DNA of 61,311 nt, filler included. It is 5 parts of 5 records of this genome, joined end to end, with 100 filler letters (N's around TTAATTAATTAA, not from the genome) between each part and the next. Parts side by side here need not be neighbours in the genome. Positions count along the whole stretch, not along the records: positions 57,095 to 61,311 come from SRR20825010_4836; 4 more parts are not named here. One strand, 5' to 3'. This document shows positions 60,426 to 61,311 of the stretch, in pieces. Made by a program: the position numbers and the translations under genes. Positions within the stretch are counted from its first letter, which is position 1. The number at the start of each line of letters is the position of its first letter. The notes below the pieces were generated by a model. It ran no database searches and was not told the origin of the DNA. It saw only the letters and a program-made list of their open reading frames with translations.

Positions 60426-61213
60426 CCCCCCAACACGGCCCTCACCATGTCGCTTTCGGGATCGGCCAACGCGTCGATGACGTCAAAGTGATGCTTGCCC
60501 TCGACAACGACCTGACGCGCGCCCCAGGTCCGCGCCAGCTGCTCGGATTGCTCCAGAAACGCAGGCCGCTCATCCGCGCCGACCCAGACGGTTACGTTGA
60601 CCCCATGCGGGGGGCTCATGTTGATCGGGCTTTCCGCCAGCGCCTCAGCTGCGTCGATACGCAGCACATCGTTCATCGACGTCTGCATGAGGGGGCCAAG
60701 ATCAACAAGGGCGGAGATCGGGGCGATGTTCTCGATCCGGTCGCGCACCTCGGACGGCAGCACCAGCGGATCGGTCATCCGAGACACCAGATGCCCGCCC
60801 GCCGAATGACCCACAAGCGACAGCCTGCCGAACGTTCGCCTGGAAATCTCGGTAACGGCCGCGGCAATCTGGGTAGTGATCGTGCCGATGCGCACATCGG
60901 GACAAAGATCATAGGACGGCATGGCGACAGCCCAGCCGCGCGACAATGGCCCGGCGGCCAGGTGGGACCAATAGCTGCTGTCGAATGCCTTCCAGTAACC
61001 GCCGTGTACAAAAATAACAGTCCCGCGCGACACGCCTTCGGGCTGAAAGAAATCAAAGACCTGCCTGTCGGAAGGGCCGTAAGACACCCCGACCTGCGCC
61101 CGTGCGCCCAGATCGTTACGAAAAGCTGCTGCTGCTTTTTCCCACTTCGGGGGGAATGTGTCAGCGCCCTCGATATGGCCGGAATTGTCATAGGCATCGT
61201 CAAACTGCGTCAT
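60422..61213 (-). CDS. Alpha/beta hydrolase (HSL-like esterase / arylformamidase-like)
   Basis: HGGYW oxyanion motif; GHSAGG nucleophile; HHFDVI; start MTQFDDAY at 61213. Confidence 0.9.
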   Translation of the reverse strand: MTQFDDAYDNSGHIEGADTFPPKWEKAAAAFRNDLGARAQVGVSYGPSDRQVFDFFQPEGVSRGTVIFVHGGYWKAFDSSYWSHLAAGPLSRGWAVAMPSYDLCPDVRIGTITTQIAAAVTEISRRTFGRLSLVGHSAGGHLVSRMTDPLVLPSEVRDRIENIAPISALVDLGPLMQTSMNDVLRIDAAEALAESPINMSPPHGVNVTVWVGADERPAFLEQSEQLARTWGARQVVVEGKHHFDVIDALADPESDMVRAVLGG

Positions 61214-61311
61214 AAATCGTCCTTTGGATAGCGCCCCGAAATCAAACGGGAACTGGACAATCATAGCCAATGTTGCTTTGGGTGCCACAAACAAAAGCGG
61301 AGACAACACAA

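Noticed and set aside
57183-61231. Many + strand ORFs in the GC-rich contig (230, 206 and 247 aa)
   Set aside because: Stop-poor antisense frames in high-GC DNA opposite recognisable genes

Overview
This window is not one locus. It holds five unrelated contigs joined by artificial 100-nt spacers (N44-TTAATTAATTAA-N44 at 8789-8888, 33966-34065, 42676-42775 and 56995-57094); the taxon labels below are inferred from gene content and style. Contig 1 (1-8788, Flavobacteriaceae-like) carries an AraC regulator, a serine hydrolase and YihY, then one end of an integrative element: a displaced tRNA 3' fragment with its terminator, a tyrosine integrase, an orphan, an HTH/Xis, a primase-less SF3-type helicase, a dense TCTAC/GTAGA iteron-like cluster and further orphans, cut by the contig end. 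Contig 2 (8889-33965, Flavobacteriales) carries a Wzx/Wzy polysaccharide locus, OmpA, a GT-C-like protein, an unannotated OmpA-domain relic, two T9SS cargo proteins (one with six 60-aa FG-GAP-like repeats), comM/yifB, rpmH (missed by the ORF track), an ABC exporter, a degenerate histidine kinase, DUF819 and a POT transporter. Contig 3 (34066-42675, betaproteobacterial-like) carries a Csu-type chaperone-usher pilus cluster, DoxX, an acyl-CoA ligase and an exported DUF1223-msrB-msrA operon. Contig 4 (42776-56994, Flavobacteriaceae core) carries the priA end, LytTR, rpsF-rpsR-rplI, hisS, an M42 peptidase, GntP, a TonB receptor and icd. Contig 5 (57095-61311, GC-rich, Rhodobacteraceae-like) carries a coiled-coil protein, a GAF histidine kinase, an MFS transporter and an esterase. 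The best candidate for an undescribed system is the tRNA-integrated, possibly self-replicating satellite-like element in contig 1. All family calls come from reading motifs by eye; no searches were run.
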